Source: a virus (taxonomy: Duplodnaviria > Caudoviricetes). Taken from it: 64,000 bases of DNA. The stretch lies in the IMG/VR virus record IMGVR_UViG_3300028888_000001; one strand, written 5' to 3'. The notes beneath the pieces are model-generated. The model ran no database searches. It was not told the origin of the DNA and saw only the letters and a program-made list of their open reading frames with translations. Both the position numbers and the translations under genes were made by a program. Of this stretch, positions 61,966-64,000 are shown in pieces (the stretch's first letter is position 1; each line of letters begins with the position of its first letter).

Positions 61966-64000
61966 ATGAGATATAAAAGTATAGAGCTTATAAATTATGC
62001 TGGTATATACAACGGCATGCAACTTACACAAATAAATATAGATTTTACTCAATGCGTATCTAATAAGATTATCATTAGAGGGTCAAATGGTTCTGGTAAA
62101 TCTACACTTATAAATGCTATAAACCCCAACCCAGATTCTAATGATAAATTTATTCCAGGAGCTGAAGCTAGAAAAACTTTAGTTTTATCTGATGGCTTTA
62201 CAGATTATGTAATTAGATATATCCATCCAGTAACACAATCTGGTAGAGGTACAACTAAAGGTTATATATCTAAGACTATAAATGGGCAGTTAGTAGAATT
62301 AAATCCAAATGGAAATATATCTTCCTGTAAAGATATTTTATATGATGAATTTGGTTTAGATTCTTCATATATAAGCTTATCACAATTATCATCTGAAGAT
62401 CGTGGATTAGTAGATAAAAAACCAGTAGAGAGAAAAAAGCTTATAAATAGTATAACAAATTCTCTTGATACTTATAATAATATTTATAAAGCTGTGAGTA
62501 AAAAATCTTCTATATTAAAGAATCTTATTAATAATATAACTAATAAGATCGATATGATAGGAGATGAAACCAAAGTTATAGCAGCTTTAAATAATATAGA
62601 ACAGAAGATTCAAATATTAGAGCAAGAACGAGATACTACCATAGAAGCTATAGCGTCTGTAAAATTAAAGCTAAACGAGGCTCAACAGAATTTAGATGAT
62701 AATAAATATGATGAAATAGTCACAGAGCTAGCTATGGTAGCAAAAATGGTTAATTCTTCTATGAAATCTATACAGGAATTTTTAAATAAGCATTCTATAG
62801 AATCTATAGATAAATTAATAGCTTTTTTAGCTTCTGTAGATAAAAATATTATAATCTTAGAATCTGAGATAGATGCATTAAATTTAAAAATACCGGCTTT
62901 GTTGTTGGACAGAGAAAATGAGCTAAAGCAATTACAAGAAAAACAGCATAAATTAAATTCTCTTCAGGGAGAATATAATTATGCTGAGCTTAAAACGGCT
63001 ATAGAAACATCTGAAGAAAAATTAAAAGAATATGAATCTATATTTACTCGAATGGGGTTAATGAATATAGATATAATAACTAAAGATGAATTTGATTATG
63101 CTATGGAGTCTTTAAAGTCTCTCAAAGAAATGGGCATTGCTCTCACATCATTATATGATAATCAATATCTAGTTAACTTTATAAGTAATAGAGCAGAGAT
63201 ATTAAACCTAATAAGTCAAATTCCATCTTTAAAACAGCAAGCAGAATCATTACAGCAATCATTATCTAATCTAGAGAAAACAGAAATAGAAGCAAGAGCA
63301 AAACGAGACATAGCAAAAGCATTATCTAAACGACCATCTGGGTGTACTATAGATGATTGTCCATATATATCATCTGCAATATTAGCCGAAACCGAATGGT
63401 CAGAGGAAAGATATATTGATTTAATAAATAAAATAAAAGAAAATGATAGTGCTTTAACAAGTATAAACGATAATTTATCTAAAGCGTTAGTATATCAGGA
63501 AATCAATCTCAGAGTTACAGCAATAGAACGTGAGCTTAATTCAAAAATAAAAATGATATTAAAGCTTCCGATAAGAAAAGATTTTCAACATACATTTATA
63601 CAAAGAGTAATTAGCGGAGATAATTTCAAAGATATAGATGATTTGTATAAATTTATAGATTGTGGTAATATGATAGAAGAATACAAACTAGAGAAGAAAC
63701 AGTTTGAAGTTTATATGTCTGAATTTAGTATTTATAAATCTAAAAATGACATAATTGAATCTATCATAAGTGATATAGAAATTCTTCAAAATAAAATAGA
63801 AGATATTGCTAATAGCATCAATGCGGCTAATAATGATATACTTGAAAAGAAAACTAAAATAGAAGAATTGAAAAGTGTAAAAACTGCTCTGGGGAATACA
63901 TTATCCAAATACAATGATGTATATCAACCAAATAAAAACAGGCAAGATGAGTTACAGCATTTAAAAGAATCGTTAGATTTTGCTGTAGTGCAAATGCAGA
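61966..64000 (+). CDS. SbcC/Rad50-like SMC ATPase, partial (runs off window end)
   Basis: Not in the ORF track. ATG 61966 after AAGGAG; MRYKSIELINY...IIIRGSNGSGKST, long coiled coil, CTIDDCP hook-like motif. Confidence 0.85.
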   Translation, partial: MRYKSIELINYAGIYNGMQLTQINIDFTQCVSNKIIIRGSNGSGKSTLINAINPNPDSNDKFIPGAEARKTLVLSDGFTDYVIRYIHPVTQSGRGTTKGYISKTINGQLVELNPNGNISSCKDILYDEFGLDSSYISLSQLSSEDRGLVDKKPVERKKLINSITNSLDTYNNIYKAVSKKSSILKNLINNITNKIDMIGDETKVIAALNNIEQKIQILEQERDTTIEAIASVKLKLNEAQQNLDDNKYDEIVTELAMVAKMVNSSMKSIQEFLNKHSIESIDKLIAFLASVDKNIIILESEIDALNLKIPALLLDRENELKQLQEKQHKLNSLQGEYNYAELKTAIETSEEKLKEYESIFTRMGLMNIDIITKDEFDYAMESLKSLKEMGIALTSLYDNQYLVNFISNRAEILNLISQIPSLKQQAESLQQSLSNLEKTEIEARAKRDIAKALSKRPSGCTIDDCPYISSAILAETEWSEERYIDLINKIKENDSALTSINDNLSKALVYQEINLRVTAIERELNSKIKMILKLPIRKDFQHTFIQRVISGDNFKDIDDLYKFIDCGNMIEEYKLEKKQFEVYMSEFSIYKSKNDIIESIISDIEILQNKIEDIANSINAANNDILEKKTKIEELKSVKTALGNTLSKYNDVYQPNKNRQDELQHLKESLDFAVVQMQ

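Overview
This AT-rich 64 kb segment comes from a jumbo phage of the AR9/PBS1/phiKZ-like type, probably infecting a Firmicute (strong AAGGAGG Shine-Dalgarno sites; inference). It encodes split multisubunit RNA polymerase beta pieces, a tubulin/PhuZ-like GTPase, GyrA/GyrB, DnaB- and Dda/RecD-like helicases, RecA, NAD ligase, SbcC/SbcD, dTMP kinase and minus-strand virion genes. Findings from reading the sequence: (1) gyrB is split into 5 exons by 4 related group I introns, all inserted after GGT codons; two carry HNH-type ORFs, one of which has a nonsense codon. (2) The RNAP beta C-half gene holds a group I intron whose cargo is an intact TnpB plus an omegaRNA-like right end and no transposase. 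The predicted guide is the downstream exon, which would make TnpB an RNA-guided homing nuclease. The only frame-restoring splice junction has G rather than U at the 5' splice site. (3) A ~620-nt ROOL/GOLLD-like structured RNA lies between tRNA-Gln and tRNA-Leu. (4) A short peptide motif (K/P-x-M-Y/I-x-L/V-V) recurs at the termini of many unrelated proteins. (5) There are two promoter classes, 5' leader hairpins and several unexplained structured elements. All calls come from motif reading only; no database searches were run.
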